Positions 38,356 to 52,172 of a DNA stretch of 64,000 nt are shown here, piece by piece. Origin of the DNA: Squalus acanthias (Eukaryota); NCBI GenBank assembly GCA_030390025.1, contig CM059432.1:1860001-1924000 (forward strand), read 5' to 3'. Position numbers and translations under genes: made by a program. The notes beneath the pieces are model-generated. The model did no database searches, had not been told where the DNA came from, and was given only the letters and a program-made list of their open reading frames with translations. Position 1 is the stretch's first letter. The number at the start of each line of letters is the position of its first letter.

Positions 38356-38916
38356 GAAAGGTTAAAGGTGCCTTGGGCCTCTGCAACTTAAAACTGTGAA
38401 GCTCCGGGTAAGGCGACGGGCCGAGGTGAATCTAAAAACAGGAGACTTACAAAGGACTGCTTTGGGCAGCTAATGGAGAAAATGAGGTTAGGCTAGGAAA
38501 TATTATTAAAACTAAAAACAAGTGCTTCTAATTATATATTTCCAGCGAACAGGTGAAAAATAAAATGGTGGGGGGTCCACTGAAAGATTCCAGCTGGTAT
38601 CAAGTGGCCAAGCGATAGGATCGTACAGCACAGGAGGAGGCCATTCGGCCCATCGTGCCTGCGCCGGCTCTTTGAAAGAGCTCTCCAATTAGTCCCGCTC
38701 CCCCCGTGCTCTTTCCCCACAGCCCTGCAAATATTCTCCTTTTCATCCTATTTATCCATTTCTCCTTTTTGAAAGTTACTATTGAATCTGCTCCCACCGC
38801 CCTTTCAGGCAGCGCGTTCCAGATCACAACAACTCGCCGCGTAAAAAATGTTCTTCCTATCTTTGGAATTCTCTGCCCCAGAGGGCTGTGGGTGCTGAGT
38901 CTTTGAGTATATTCAA

Positions 38917-39005
38917 AAGTGAGAAGTCGCACAACACCAGGTTATAGTCCAACAGTTTTATTTGAAATCACAAGCTTTCGGAGCGCTGCTCCTTCGTCAG
39001 GTGAC
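38917..39005 (-). mobile_element. Short Penelope-like hammerhead-ribozyme element inserted in a CR1 3' end (host 38858-39180, +)
   Basis: TSD GTATATTCAA (38907-38916, 39006-39015); reverse complement contains TCAC-CTGACGA-A-GGAGC(agc)GCTCC-GAAA-GCTT-GTGA. Confidence 0.75.
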
Positions 39006-39889
39006 GTATATTCAAGGCTGAGATCGATAGATTTTTGGACTCTCGGGGAATCAAGGGATATGGGGATCGGGTGGGAAAGTGGAGTTGAGGTCAATGATCA
39101 GCCATGATCTTATTAAATGGCGGAGCAGGCTCGAGGGGCCGAATGGCCGACTCCTGCTCCTAATTCTTATGTTCATATGTTCCCCCTTAATTCTTTTGCT
39201 AATTACCTTCAATCTGTGTCCTCTGGTTACCGACCCTCCTGCCCATGGAAACAGTTTCTCCTTATTTACTCCATCAAAATCCCTCATGATTTTGACCGCC
39301 TCTATTAAATCTCCCCTTAATTTGCTCTGCTCAGACAAACAGAATGGAAGGTGGAGCAGGGGGGGGGGGGGGCGGTCAGAGGGGGGAATATAACTGTAGC
39401 AGGGCTTGCTGGATGTCTCCTCATTATCGTGGCCAAGCCTGACTAAACTACCATGCGGAAATTCTCAAACCTCCTCCTTCACACCGAGCGGAAGTGTGAA
39501 CGCCCCTGGCATCATTCCCGCCAACACATTAGCTTCTCAAACCGCACTGGTAATTAGCGTGAAATCTTTCACATTCTTCTTTTGATTTTGGACTGGCATT
39601 CATGAGGCAGCTACTGTCGTTCACGCTCTGGAATCTGTTCTCAGGAGGCCAGTGGTTTTTGGGCTTGTGTGCCTGTCGCTGAGCTATAGGAATACCAGGA
39701 GTCGACTCTTCCAGGATCCAAGCCAAGAGAATAATCTGCTTTCGTTAGGCAGAATTCGCAGCACAGAAACAGGCCATTCGGCCCAACCGGTCCGTGCCGG
39801 TGTTTCTGCTCCACACGAGCCTCCTCCCGCCCCTCTTCATCTCACCCCATCAACATATCCTTCCATTCCTTTCTCCTCATGTGCTGAAA

Positions 39890-41182
39890 AGAACATAAGA
39901 AAGAGGAGCAGGAGTCGGCCATTCGGCCCCTCAAGCCCACTCCGTCATTCAATAAGATCATGGCTGATCTTCTACCTCAACTCCACCTTCTTGCAAGATC
40001 CCCGTATGCCCTCATTCCCTTAGTGTCCCAAAATCTATCGATCTCTGTCTTGAATATACTCAATGACTCAGCATCCACAGCCCTCTGGGGTAGAGAATTC
40101 CAAAGATTCACAACCCTCTGAGTGAAGACATTTCTCCTCATCTCAGTCCTAAATGACCAACCCCTTATTCTGAGACTGTAACCCCTGGTTCTAGACTCTC
40201 CAGCCAGGGGAAACATCCTCCCTGCATCTACCCTGTCAATCCACTTCAGAATCTTATGGGGGAAAAATTCAGTTGGATGCGCCTCTCGTTAGCGCCTTAA
40301 GAGGGCGCTAATAGGGCGCAAAGCAACTAGCGCCCGGGCGCGGCGATGTTTGCGCCTGCTCGCGAAATTAACTACACATTTTGTGGCGGCGCTAAATACT
40401 ACCGCCACGATCTCCTGCGCCCGCAGATCGTGACGTCAGTCGAGTGCGCAACGCCCCGGTAGCGCCCCGGAGCGGATATTAAGTGGCGCCCCCTGCCTTA
40501 CCGCCTGCCGCTAGCAACGACAGGTTGAGGGGAGCGTTTTGCAGTCAGGAAGGGACTGGGGGAGCACTATTTAAAGGCGACCGCTTCCTGCCTTTTTTTG
40601 TTGGTGACATTTTTGCACCACGCATTCTGAGAGAGAGAGAGAGACTTCTGGAGAGATTCAACGTGTGTGAAGGAGTTTTGGGTACTGAGCAGCACTTTGC
40701 AGGTTCATTTTGATTTGCCCTTCCTTGCATCTATTTAGAAGAGACTGTGGGGGCTGCACTCTGAGCTCTTTCCCTGTTTCTCTCCATTGTTCTTTCCAGC
40801 AGATTTGATGTACAGGTCTCTCCAGGCCGAGATTCAAGGCTGCAATGAGCAGGATGTGGATGGAGAGCAAGATCAACCCTCCCCTTTAAGAACTGGCCGG
40901 CGCCATTGTGTCTGTGTTCCATTGCTGACTGACATCACATGAGCTTCGCCAGCGCTCTGAGGTAGCGCCTCGCTCCTCGGCCTTTGCGCCTTAAGACAGG
41001 TGTGTAGCGCCTGATTTAGCGCTCCAATCACCTCCAGGGGCGATAAAAGCCAAGTTTGCAGTCGGAGGCGATAATTAGCGGCAGGCGCTAATCTTTGTGC
41101 CCAGCCGATAATTGCGCCCCAAATGGAGCGATACTGAATTTCTCCCCCTATATGTTTCAATGAGATCACCTCTCATTCTTCA
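39890..41182 (-). mobile_element. CR1 3' fragment split by Harbinger-like MITE copy 2
   Basis: ORF 39977-40216; the sequence resumes atgtttcaatgagatcacc after the MITE. Confidence 0.8.
40258..41148 (+). mobile_element. Harbinger-like MITE, copy 2 (891 bp)
   Basis: TAT|GGGGGAAAAATTCAGT ... ACTGAATTTCTCCCCC|TAT; colinear with 9528-10417. Confidence 0.85.
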
Positions 41183-41792
41183 TTATCTAGCCTCCCCTTG
41201 AATGCATCTACGCTATTCGCCTCAACCAGTCCCTGTGGTAGCGAGTTCCACATTCTCACAACTCTCTGGGCAAAGTTCTGGGCTCCCCCACAAGGGGCAG
41301 CATCTTCTCTTACGACGAATACATGATACTAAACTGTGAAACACAGAAGAGAGAAATTTATTGTTAAACCTTCTCGATATATAATCAGGTGAGTGTCAGA
41401 CTTTCTGTATGTAACTGTCACTTTCCTGAACTCCCAACTCTTCTTCAAAGAAGTGAGTTGTGTCAGGAATCTGACACTGAGGAGTATTTTAGACAATCAG
41501 CATAAATTTTCTTTTATCTCTCTCACACGGAGATGCTTCATCATTATACTACCACCGAAAACAAAATCATTTCACCACTAATTCCCAGCAGATCCCGGCT
41601 GTTAATTCTTGATTCAGTGGAAACGCATCCATGTCGTATCTTTTGGGTAGATGGTATCAATGCATAGTGGTTAACGGTGGGGTTCTCCCTCTAACTCCCT
41701 CTGCCTCGCCACCTCCCTCTTCTGCTTTAAGACGCTCCTTAAGACCCACCTTTTTGACCAAGCTTTTGGTCATGCTATGTCTAACTGTCTTA

Positions 41793-42537
41793 GGGGGAAA
41801 AATTCGGTTGGTTAGCGCGGCGATTTTAGCGCCGCTCGCGAAATTGACCAGTTGTTTTGCGGCGGCGCTAAACACTACCGCCACGATCTTCTGCGTCCGC
41901 AGGTCGTGACGTCAGTCGAGCGTGCAACGCCCCGGTAGCGCTCCAGACCGGATATTGAGTCGCGCCCCCTGCCTTAGCGCCTGCCGCTAAGAACGACAGG
42001 TAGAGGGGATCGTTTTCAAGTCGGGAAGGGGCTGGGGGAGCGCTATTTAAAGGCGGGCGCTTCCTGCCTTTTCTTGTCGGCAAAATTTTTGGTTTTAACG
42101 CTGTCCTAAGGAGTTTTGGCCCTCAGCACCACTTTTGAGGTTCCTAAGCGCCGAGCTCTTTCCCTGGGCCTATCCATTAGTGCTTCCAACACAATTGCTT
42201 TTGAGGTCTCTCCAGGCCGAGATTCAAGGCTGCAATGAGCAGGGAGTGGCTGGCCAGCAAGATGGCCCCTCCCCTTTAAGAACTGGACGGCGGCAGTCTG
42301 TCTGGCTTCCATGGTAATGGACATCGCCTGAGCTTCAGTAGTGTTCTGAGGTAGTGCCTCGCTCCCCGACGTTTGCGCCTTAAGAGAGGTGTGTAGCGCC
42401 TGATTTAGCGCCCAAATCACCTCCAGGGGCGATAGAGGCGAATTTTGCAGTTGGAGGCGATAATTAGCGCCGGGCGCTAAACTTTGCACCCGGCCGATAT
42501 TAGCGCCCCAAAATGGGCGATACCCAATTATTCCCCC
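41793..42537 (+). mobile_element. Harbinger-like MITE, copy 3 (745 bp, different internal deletion)
   Basis: TTA|GGGGGAAAAATTCGG ... CCCAATTATTCCCCC|TTA. Confidence 0.85.
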
Positions 42538-42624
42538 TTAGTGTCCATTCTTGTTTGATCACGCCTCTTTCAACGTTTTTCTTGCATTAAGGGCGTTATA
42601 TAAATACAAGTTGTAAAAAGAAAA

Positions 42625-43080
42625 AGAAAGACTTGCATTTCTATAGCGTCTTTCACGACCACAGGACGTCCCAAAGCACTTCACAGCCAATGAAGTACTT
42701 TTTGAAGTGTAGTCACTGCTGTAATGTAGGAAACGCAGCAGCCAATTTGCGTACAGCAAGCTCCCACAAACAGCAATGTGATAATAACCAGATAATCTGT
42801 TTTAGTGATGTTGGTTGAGGGGAAAATATTTACCAGGACACCGGGGAGAACTCCCCTGCTCTTCTTCAAAATAGTGCCATGGGATCCTTTACGTCCACCT
42901 GAGGGGGCAGACGGGGCCTCAGTTTAACGTCTCATCCCAAAGACAGCACCTCTAAGACAGTGCAGCGCTCCACTGGAGTGTTGACCTTGATTTTTGTGCT
43001 CAAGTCTCTGGAGTGGGACCTGAACCCACAACCTTCTGACTCAGAGGCGAGGGTGCTGCCCACTGAGCCACAGCTGACAC
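42625..43080 (-). mobile_element. DeuSINE copy
   Basis: Head, body and tail match the other copies. Confidence 0.85.
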
Positions 43081-43167
43081 TGGCAGTTGAGGTGTGGAAT
43101 TAGCCTACTCAGGACTGTGGACTTTATGGCATAGCTTCTGGTAGCCAAATATGTAAAAATCCAATTT

Positions 43168-45215
43168 TTTTAAATTCGTTTATGGGATGTAGGCGTTACT
43201 GGCAAGGCCGGCATTTATTGCCCATCCCTAATTGCCCTTGAGAAGGTGGTGGTGAGCTGCCTTCTTGAACCGCTGCAGTCCGTGTGGTGAAGGTACTCCC
43301 ACAGTGCTGTTAGGGAGGGAGTTCCAGGATTTTGACCCAGCGACAATGAAGGATCGGCGATATACTTCCAAGTCAGGACGGATGTGTGACTTGGAGGGGA
43401 ACTTGGAGGTGGTGGTGTTCCCATGCACCTGCTGCCCTTGTCTTCTAGGGTGGTAGAGGTCGCGGGTTTGGGAGGTGCTGCCGAAGAAGCCTTGGCGAGT
43501 TGCTGCAGTGCATCTTGTAGATGGTACACACTGCAGCCACGGTACACTGGTGGTGGAGGGAGTGAATGTTTAAGGTGGTGGATGGGCTGCCAATCAAGTG
43601 GGCTGCTTTGTCCTGGATGGTGTCGAGCTTCTTGGGTGTTGTTGGAGCTGCACTCATCCAGGCAAGTGGAGCGTATTCCATCACACTCCTTACTTGTGCT
43701 TTGTAGATGGTGGAAAGGATTTGGGGAGTCACGAGGTGAGACACTCGCCACAGAATTCATAGCCTCTGACCTGTTCTTGTTGCCACAGTATTTATGTGGC
43801 TGGTCCAGTTAAGTTTCTGGTCAATGGTGACACCCAGGATGTTGATGGTGGGGGATTCGGTGATGGTAATGCCATTGAATGTCAAGGGGCGGTGGTGAGA
43901 CTCTCTCTCGTTGAAGATAGTCATTGCCTGGCACTTGCGTGGCGCGAATGTTACCTGCCACTTATCAGCCCAAGCCTGAACGTCGTCCAGGTCTTGCTGC
44001 ATGCGGGCATGGACTGCTTCATTATCTGAGGAGTTGCGAATGGAACTGAACACTGTGCAATTATCAGCGAACATCCCCACTTCTGACCTTATGATGGAGG
44101 GAAGGTCATTGATGAAGCAGCTGAAGATGGTTGGGCCTAGGACACTGCCCTGAGGAACTCCTGAGGAGATAGATATATTTCTTAAGGCTAAAGGGATCAA
44201 GGGATATGGGGAGAAAGCAGGGACAGGGTACTGAATTTGGATGATCAGCCATGATCTCATTAAATGGCGGAGCAGGCTCGAGGGGCCGAATGGCCTACTC
44301 CTGCTCCTATCTTCTATGCTTCTATGAACTCCTGCAGCGATGTCCTGGGGCTGAGATGATTGACATCCAACAACCACAACCATCTTCCTTTGTGCTAGAT
44401 ATGACTCCAGCCAGTGGAGAGTTTTCCCCCTGATTCCCATTGACTTCAATTTTACTAGGGCTCCTTGATGCCACACTCGGTCAAATGCTGCCTTGATGTC
44501 AAGGGCAGTCACTCTCACCTCTGGAATTCAGCTCCTTTGTCCATGTTTGGACCAAGGCTGTAATGAGGTCTGGAGCCGAGTGGTCTTGGCGGAACCCAAA
44601 CTGGGCATCAGTGAGCAGGTTATTGGTGACTAAGTGCTGCTTGATAGCACTGTCGATGACACCTTCCATCACTTTGCTGATGATTGAGAGTAGACTGATG
44701 GGGCGGTAATTGGCTGGATTGGATTTGTCCTGCTTTGTGTGGACAGGACATACCTGGGCAGTTTTCCACATTGTCGGATAGATGCCAGTGTTGTAGCTGT
44801 ACTGGAACAGCTTGGCTAGAGGTGTGGCTAGTTCTGGAGCACAAGTCTTCAGCACGATAGCCGGGATGTTTTCGGGGCCCACAGCCTTTGCTGTATCCAG
44901 TGTGCTCAGCTGTTTCTTGATGTCATGTGGAGTGAATCGAATTGGCTGAAGACTGGCTACTGTGATGGTGGGGACCTCAGGAGTAGGCCGATATGGATCA
45001 TCCACTCGACACATCTGGCTGAAGATGGTTGCAAATGCTTCAGCCTTGTCTTTTGCACTCACGTGCTGGGCTCCACCATCATTGAGGATGGGGATATTCC
45101 TGGAGCCTCCTCCTCCTCCCGTTAGTTGTTTAATGGTCCACCACCATTCACGACTGGATGTGGCAGGACTGCAGAGCTTTGATCTGATCCGTTGATTGTG
45201 GCATCGCTTAGCTCG
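43168..45215 (-). mobile_element. Second CR1-group (jockey-superclade) LINE family, RT region to 3' end, with a CR1 tail inserted at 44164-44325
   Basis: ORFs 44499-45062 (NYRPISLLS, QFGFR), 43757-44518 (LDIKAAFDRVWH, GVPQGSVLGP, FADN) and 43445-43744; nested insert TSD GAACTCCTG. Confidence 0.9.
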
Positions 45216-45874
45216 TTAACATTATTAAATTCTGGACCCTCGTTTAAAACTCTCCTTAAAATCTACCTCGTTGACCAGTTCTAATATCTCCTTCTGTGGC
45301 TCGGTGTCAAATTTCATTTGATAATCGCTCCTGTGAAGTGTCTTGGGACGTTTCACTATGTTAAAGGCACTGTATAAATACAAGGTGTTGTAAATTTATC
45401 TAGAAGGGAGTAGTTCTCTAACTGAGGGAACAGTTCAGTGAGAGCACACTGAATGAAATATTGCACAGTGATGTGTGAACCCTGATCTTCTACACACACA
45501 ATGACGGGTCTTTCAGCTCTTCAGTCGAGCCACTCTTGGGAGATAGTCAGTAACTCCCAACGTCCCCACACCTGAAAAGTTACTGACTCTAGTCTGTTGA
45601 AGGCACCTAGAGGCAAAAGTCTACCAGCTCTGCTAAAGCTCATTAAATCCCCCGAAAAAATGTGTATTAAAATATCGCCACATAATTAGACCCGCACAAA
45701 AGGAGTATGTGACTATATTTGATAAGTGAGGACCAGATAAAAATTCAGCAACAGGGACCTTCCTCGAGTGTGTTGAGCTCGGAGCCCAAAGCATCAAATA
45801 GGAGAGTTGCAACAGTATACAATAGCTGGGATCTAGGGATATATTTCTCTGGAATTCCCTCCCTAAACCTCTTC

Positions 45875-46184
45875 ACACACAGCAAGCTCCCACAAACAGC
45901 AATGTGATAATGACCAGCTAGTCTGTTTTAGTGATGTGGATTGAGGGATAAGACACCGGGGAGAACTTCGAAATAGTGGCCGTGGGATCTTTTACATCCA
46001 CCTGAGAGAGCAGACGGGGCCTCGGTTTAACGTCTCATCCAAAAGACGGTACCTCTGACAGTGCAGCACTCCCTCAGCACCACACTGGGAGTGTCAGCCT
46101 AGATTTATGTGCTGGAGTGGGACTTGAACCCACAATCTTCTGACTCAGAGGCAAGTCTGCTACCCACTGAGCCAGAGCTGACAC
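45875..46184 (-). mobile_element. DeuSINE copy (internally deleted)
   Basis: Matches the SINE consensus seen in the window. Confidence 0.8.
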
Positions 46185-46334
46185 AGGCCAACTAGTCCGT
46201 GCCGGTGTTTATGCTCCACACGAGCATCCTCCCACCCCTCTTCATCTCACCCCATCAACACAGCCTTTGTTTTCATTCTGGGAATGAGAAGCCTTCTGTT
46301 GTTTCCCAGTGTCCACTGAAACCTTTAGTTGCAG

Positions 46335-47357
46335 ATTATGACGGGTTTTGGTCGAGTAAATGAGGAGAAACTGTTTCCAGTGGCAGGAGGGTCGGTAACC
46401 AGAGGACACAGATTTAAGGTAATTGGCAAAAGAACCAGAGGGGGAGAGGAGGAGAATTTTTTTTATGCAGCGAGTTGTTGAATTCTGCAATGCACAGCCT
46501 GAAAGGGCGGTGGAAGCAGATTCAATTACATAGAATATACGGCACAGAAACAGGCCATTCGGCCCAACCTGTCCATGCCGGCGTTTATGCTCTTCTCGAG
46601 CCTCCTCCCGTCTTTCCTCATCTAAATCTATCAGCGTAACCCTCGATTCCCTTCTCCCTCATATGCTTGTCCAGCCTCCCCTTAAATGCATCTATACTAT
46701 TCGCCTCAACCACTCCCTGTGGTAGCGAGTTCCACATTCACACCACTCTCTGGGTAAAGAAGTTTCTTCTGAATTCCCCCATTGGATTTCTTGGTGACTA
46801 TCTTATATTGATGGCCTCTAGTTATGCTCTTCCCCACAAGTGGAAACATTCTCTCTGTATCCACTCTATCAAAATTCTTCATAATTTTAAAGACCTCTAT
46901 TAGGTCACCCCTCAGCCTTCTTTTTTCAAGAGAAAAGAGACCCAGCCTGTTCATCCTTTCATGATAGGTATACCCTCGCATTTCTGGTATCATCCTTGTA
47001 AATCTTCTCTGCACCCTCTCCAGTGCCCCGATATCCTTTTTAGAATATAACGACCAGAACTGCACGCAGTACTCGAAGTGTGGTCTAACCAAGGTTTGGT
47101 ACAGGTTTAGCATAACTTCTCTACTTTTCAATTCTATCCCTCTAGAAATAAACCCTAGTGCTTGGTTTGCTTTTTTTATGGCCTTATTAACGTGCGTTGC
47201 TACTTTAGCAACATTGAAAAGGGAATTGGATAAATACTTGAAAAGGAAAATATTTGCAGGAATGTGGGGAAAGAGCGGGGGGAGTGGGACTAATTGGAGA
47301 GCTCTTTCAAAGAGCCGGCACAGGCACGATGGGCCGAATGGCCTCCTTCTGTGCTGC
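46335..47357. mobile_element. CR1 (+) fragment with a nested CR1 (-) 3' fragment at about 46527-47212
   Basis: ORF 46706-47407 KKANQALGFISRG...LEKRRLRGDLIEVF. Confidence 0.85.
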
Positions 47358-48375
47358 ATCCCATTAGATATTAAAAACTTACAAAAATGTTTTTTAAACA
47401 CAGCCAACGGTGGGAATAATTCAGTCTCAAATGGTTAACATAATAGTACCTCATTTTACTAAAGATAATGCAGCTGTGAACAGCAATTTCTGTTTCAAAT
47501 TTCGTGCTAAAAAGCAGAAATGACAATGCAGGGGAATAGAACAAGTTGTCTTTTTGCAATGCAGTAACAACATTAAGCACTGCTTTTACGAGCATTGAGC
47601 ATTCCCTGGGTGACAGCACTACAGTAATGCTCCAGGATAGGAATATTGGAGGGCCTCTATAGTCTTACCCTTAAGTATTCGTCTGAGAAAGGCACCCAAG
47701 TGTGTAACAAACGTAGAAGACATGGTTAAAAAAAAAAAGCACAATTTAAATAGTGAGCGACGACGCTCACGATAGGCCAGGGACAGAAACTAGGATCAGA
47801 CTGGCCGGTTTGGAGCTACGGATCAGGAAAGAAAGACTTGCATTTCTATAGCGCCTTTCACGACCACCGGACGTCCCAAAGCGCTTTACAGCCAATGAAG
47901 TACTTTTTGAAGTGTAGTCGTTGTTGTAATGTAGGAAACACGGCAGCCAATTTGTGCACAGCAAGCTGAGGAGGCCGTTCAGCTCATCGAGCTTGTTCCA
48001 CCATTCGATTAGATCATGGCTCATCTGTATCTTAGCTCCATCCACCTGCCTTGGTTCCATAACCCTATTACCCTTACCCAACAAAAATCTATCAATCTCA
48101 GTTTTGACATTTTCAATTGACACCCCCCCCCCCCCACCCCTACCCTCAACAGCTTTTTGGGGGAGAGAGTTCCAGATTTCCACTACCCACCTATCTGGTC
48201 AATATCTCAATGCTGTTTGTGGGACCTTGCTGTGCGCAAAAAGCATTTCAAGTGATGTAACTTGACTTACAGTTCAATAGTTACATATGAACGTAAGAAT
48301 TCTCTCCGTCCCATCCCATATTTTGGCAGGCGTTCATAATCCTGATCACAATGGACCAGATTTTGCTGTCAAAAT

Positions 48376-49310
48376 AACATAAGAACACAAGAACCAGGAG
48401 CAGGAGTCGGTCATTTGGCCCCTCGAGCCTGCTCGGCCATTCAATAAGATCATGGCTGATCTTCGACCTCAACTCCACTTTCCCGCCCGATCCCCATATC
48501 CCTCGATTCCCCTAGAGTCCAAAAATCTATCGATCTCAGCCTTGAATATACTCAACGACTGAGCCTCCACAGCCCTCTGGGGCAGAGAATTCCAAAGATT
48601 CACCACCCTCTGAGTGAATAAATTCCTCCTCATCTCAGTCCTAAATAGCCGACCCTTTATCCTGAGACTGTGACCCCTGGTTCTAGACTCTCCAGCCAAG
48701 GGGAAACAGCCTCTCAGCATCTACCCTGTCAATCCCCTTCAGAATCTTGTATGTTTCAATGAGATCACCTCTCATTCTTCTAAACTCCAGAGAGCATGGG
48801 CCCATTCTACTGAATCTCTCCTCATAGGACAGCCCTCTCATCCCAGGGATCAATCTAGTGAACCTTCGTTGCACCGCCTCTAAGGCAAGTATATAAGGAG
48901 ACCAAAACTGTGCACAGTACTCCAGGTGTGATCTCACCAAGGCCCTGTACAATTGTAGCAAGACTTCCTTACTCTTGTACTCCAACCCTCTTGCAATAAA
49001 GGCCAGGATGCCATTTGCCTTCCTAATTGCTTGCTGTACCTGCATGCTAACTCTCTGTGTTTCCTGTACGAGGACACCTAATTCTCTCTGAACACCAACA
49101 TTTAATAGTTTCTCACCATTTAAAAAAATATTCTGTTTTTCTATTCTTCCTACCAAAGTGAATAACCTCACATTTCCCCACATTATACTCCATCTGCCAC
49201 CTTATTGCCCACTCACTTAACCTGTCTATATCCCTTTGCAGACTCTTTGTGTCCTCCTCACAGCTTACTGTCCCACCCAGCTTTGTATCGTCAGCAAACT
49301 TGGATAAATT
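48376..49310 (-). mobile_element. CR1 LINE 3' fragment
   Basis: ORFs 48683-49183 and 48469-48720. Confidence 0.88.
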
Positions 49311-49834
49311 CTGATTTAATTGTCCAGACTATCTGTATTTGACGTTTTTTTTAAAAAGGTTAGCAAATGCGGTAGAAGTTGGATATTTTCAATATCCAGT
49401 TAGGAATCAGGATTTGGGATACACATATACCTCTAATGAGAGTGGCCAAGGCTATAATATGTGTTTGTGCCTTAATTGACTTCCATTTACCGTCACTGAG
49501 CAACAAAGGACCTAAGCAATGAATTGCTCCCAAGCTTTGGGATATAAATGTTCGTTTGGAGTTACTGAGCAATCTACATATAATTTCCACTGAAAGTGAA
49601 TACTACGTTAGCTCAAGATGATTTAAATAGGGTCATTTTTTTTTCCCGGAACATAGCCTGTTGATGCGCCACCTCCAGCTTACAATAACACTTCAGCATT
49701 CATCAGTCTGAGGAAAGGCAGGCGTTTCAATGTTTGTTAAACGCACCAGAGGAATTGGGATAAAATTGTAAGGAAAATTCATTACAGCCAACATTTAACT
49801 GGCTACGACTGCGAGAAAAATGTTCATTAAAATA

Positions 49835-50297
49835 TATCTCAGTGGGCAGCACCCTCGTCTCTGAAGGTCGTGGGTTCAAGTCCCACTCCAGAGACTTGAG
49901 CACAAAAATCTAGGCTGACACTCCCAGTGCAGTACTGAGGGAGTGCCGCACTGTCAGAGGTGCCGTCTTTCGGACGAGCCGTTAAACCGAGGCCCCGTCT
50001 GCTCCCTCAGGTGGACGTAAAAGATCCCACGGCCACTATTTCGAAGAAGAGCAGGGGAGTTATCCCCGGTGTCCTTTTGTGCCAATATTTATCCCTCAAC
50101 CAACATCACTAAAAACAGATTATCTGGTAGTTACCACATTGCTGTTTGTGGGAGCTTGCTGTGCGCAAATTGGATGCCGCATTTCCGACATTACAACAGT
50201 GACCACACTTCAGAAAAGTATTTAATTGGCTGTAAAGTGCTTTGGGACTCCCGGTGGTTGTGATAGGCGCTATAGAAATGCAATTCCTTCTTTCTTT
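49835..50297 (+). mobile_element. DeuSINE copy (single 33-bp unit, unexpanded)
   Basis: Head, Deu-domain and tail present. Confidence 0.85.
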
Positions 50298-50639
50298 TAA
50301 CACACGCAGCCTACTCTATGAAAACCAAACTGTAAGCACCAGCTGTGGTATAAACCTCACAATAAGCAAAATGCCCCATTTCACTGGGGTCCCACAGCTT
50401 GCTTTGAATATAATGGCTAAATTCCTGCACATTCTGATGCAGAACAAGTTACAGTCAGTTTGGATAGAAAGGGAATATTAATATAATACAAATTGAAAAT
50501 GTACTGACTGAGCAAAGTAGCAAAGAAAAAAAGCAATTATCAATGACTCACAGAGATATTGTCCAAAGTCTCGATCACCCACCACCCCTGTGCTCGCTGA
50601 CCCACATTGGCTCCCAGTCGGCAACATTTTGACTTTAAA

Positions 50640-51826
50640 ATTACATCGGATTACATCGGATATACGGCACAGAAACAGGCCATTCGGCCCAACCAGTCCA
50701 TGCCGGTGTTTATGCTCCACTCGAGCCTCCTCCTGTCTTTCCTCATCTAAATCTATCAGCGTAACCCTCGATTCCCTTCTCCCTCATATGTTTGTCTAGC
50801 CTCCCCTTAAATGCATCCATACTATTCGCCTCAACCACTCCCTGTGGTAGCGAGTTCCACATTCTCACCACTCTCTGGGTAAAGAAGTTTCTTCTGAATT
50901 CCCGACTGGATTTCTTGGTGACTATCTTATATTGATGGCCTCTAGTTTTGCTCTTCCCCACAAGTGGAAACACTCTCTCTGTATCCACTCTATCAAAACC
51001 TTTCATAATTTTAAAGACTATTAGGTCACCCCTCAGCCTTCTTTTTTCAAGAGAAAAGAGACCCAGCCTGTTCATCCTTTCCTGATATGTATACCCTCGC
51101 ATTTCTGGTATCATCCTTGTAAATCTTCTCTGCACCCTCTCCAGTGCCTCTATATCCTTTTTAGAATATGGCGACCAGAACTGCATGCAGTAATCCAAGT
51201 GTGGTCTAACCAAGGTTCGATACAGGTTTAGCATAACTTCACTACTTTTCAATTCTATCCCTCTAGAAATAAACCCTAGTGCTTGGTTTGCTTTTTTTAT
51301 GGCCTTGCTAACCTGTGGCGCATCTTTTAGTGATTTGTGTATTTGTACTCCGAGATCCCTTTGTTCCTCCACCCCACCTAGACTCACACCCTCCAAGTGA
51401 TAAGTGACCTCCCTATTCTTCCTACCAAAATGTAATACCTCACATTTATCTGTGTTGAACTTCATTTGAATTCTCATCCTTGTTTTCAAATCCCTCCATG
51501 GCCTCGCTCCCTCCCTATCTCTGTAACCTCCTCCTGCCCCACAACCCCCCGAGATCTCTGCGCTCCTCTAATTCTGGTCCCTTGAGCATCCCTGATTTTA
51601 ATCGCTCCACCATCAGCTGCCTGGGCCCTAAGCTCTGGAATTTCCTCCCTAAACCTCTCCGCCTCTCTTTTCTTCTTTAAGATGCTCCTTAAAACCTACC
51701 TCTTTGACCAAGTGTTTGGACACCTGTCCTAATATCTCCTGATGTGGCTTGGTGTCAAATTCTGTTCTATAATCGCTGCTGGGAGATTTTACAACGTTAA
51801 AGGCGCTATATAAATTCTAGTTGTTT
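50640..51826. mobile_element. CR1 (-) 3' fragment (50640-51467) inserted in an L2 (+) fragment (50570-50640, 51468-51826)
   Basis: ORF 50743-51489 is the CR1 RT C-terminus; L2 motifs on both sides. Confidence 0.85.
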
Positions 51827-52172
51827 TTGTATAGGATATATACTTAAGACTAAACATTTTATTGGGCATCTGTAGTCATTTTTATGATACATTAGTATGT
51901 GTCCTACAGAACTTGGAAATCTACGTTATGTCATTCAGGCTAATGTCCATAACAAAATGCTTAAAGATGCAGATCTTTAAGAAACTTTGGGGGTGAAATT
52001 CCAGGATACATAGTCCCTGGCTGGAGGAGTTAATGGAATGCTAGCCTTTATATCTAGATGGCTAGAATATAAATGGATTGGAAGTTTTGCTACAGCTACA
52101 CAAAGCCCTGGTTAGACCTGGAGCACTGTGTACAGTTCTGGGAACCGCACCTTCGAAAGGATATATTGGCCT

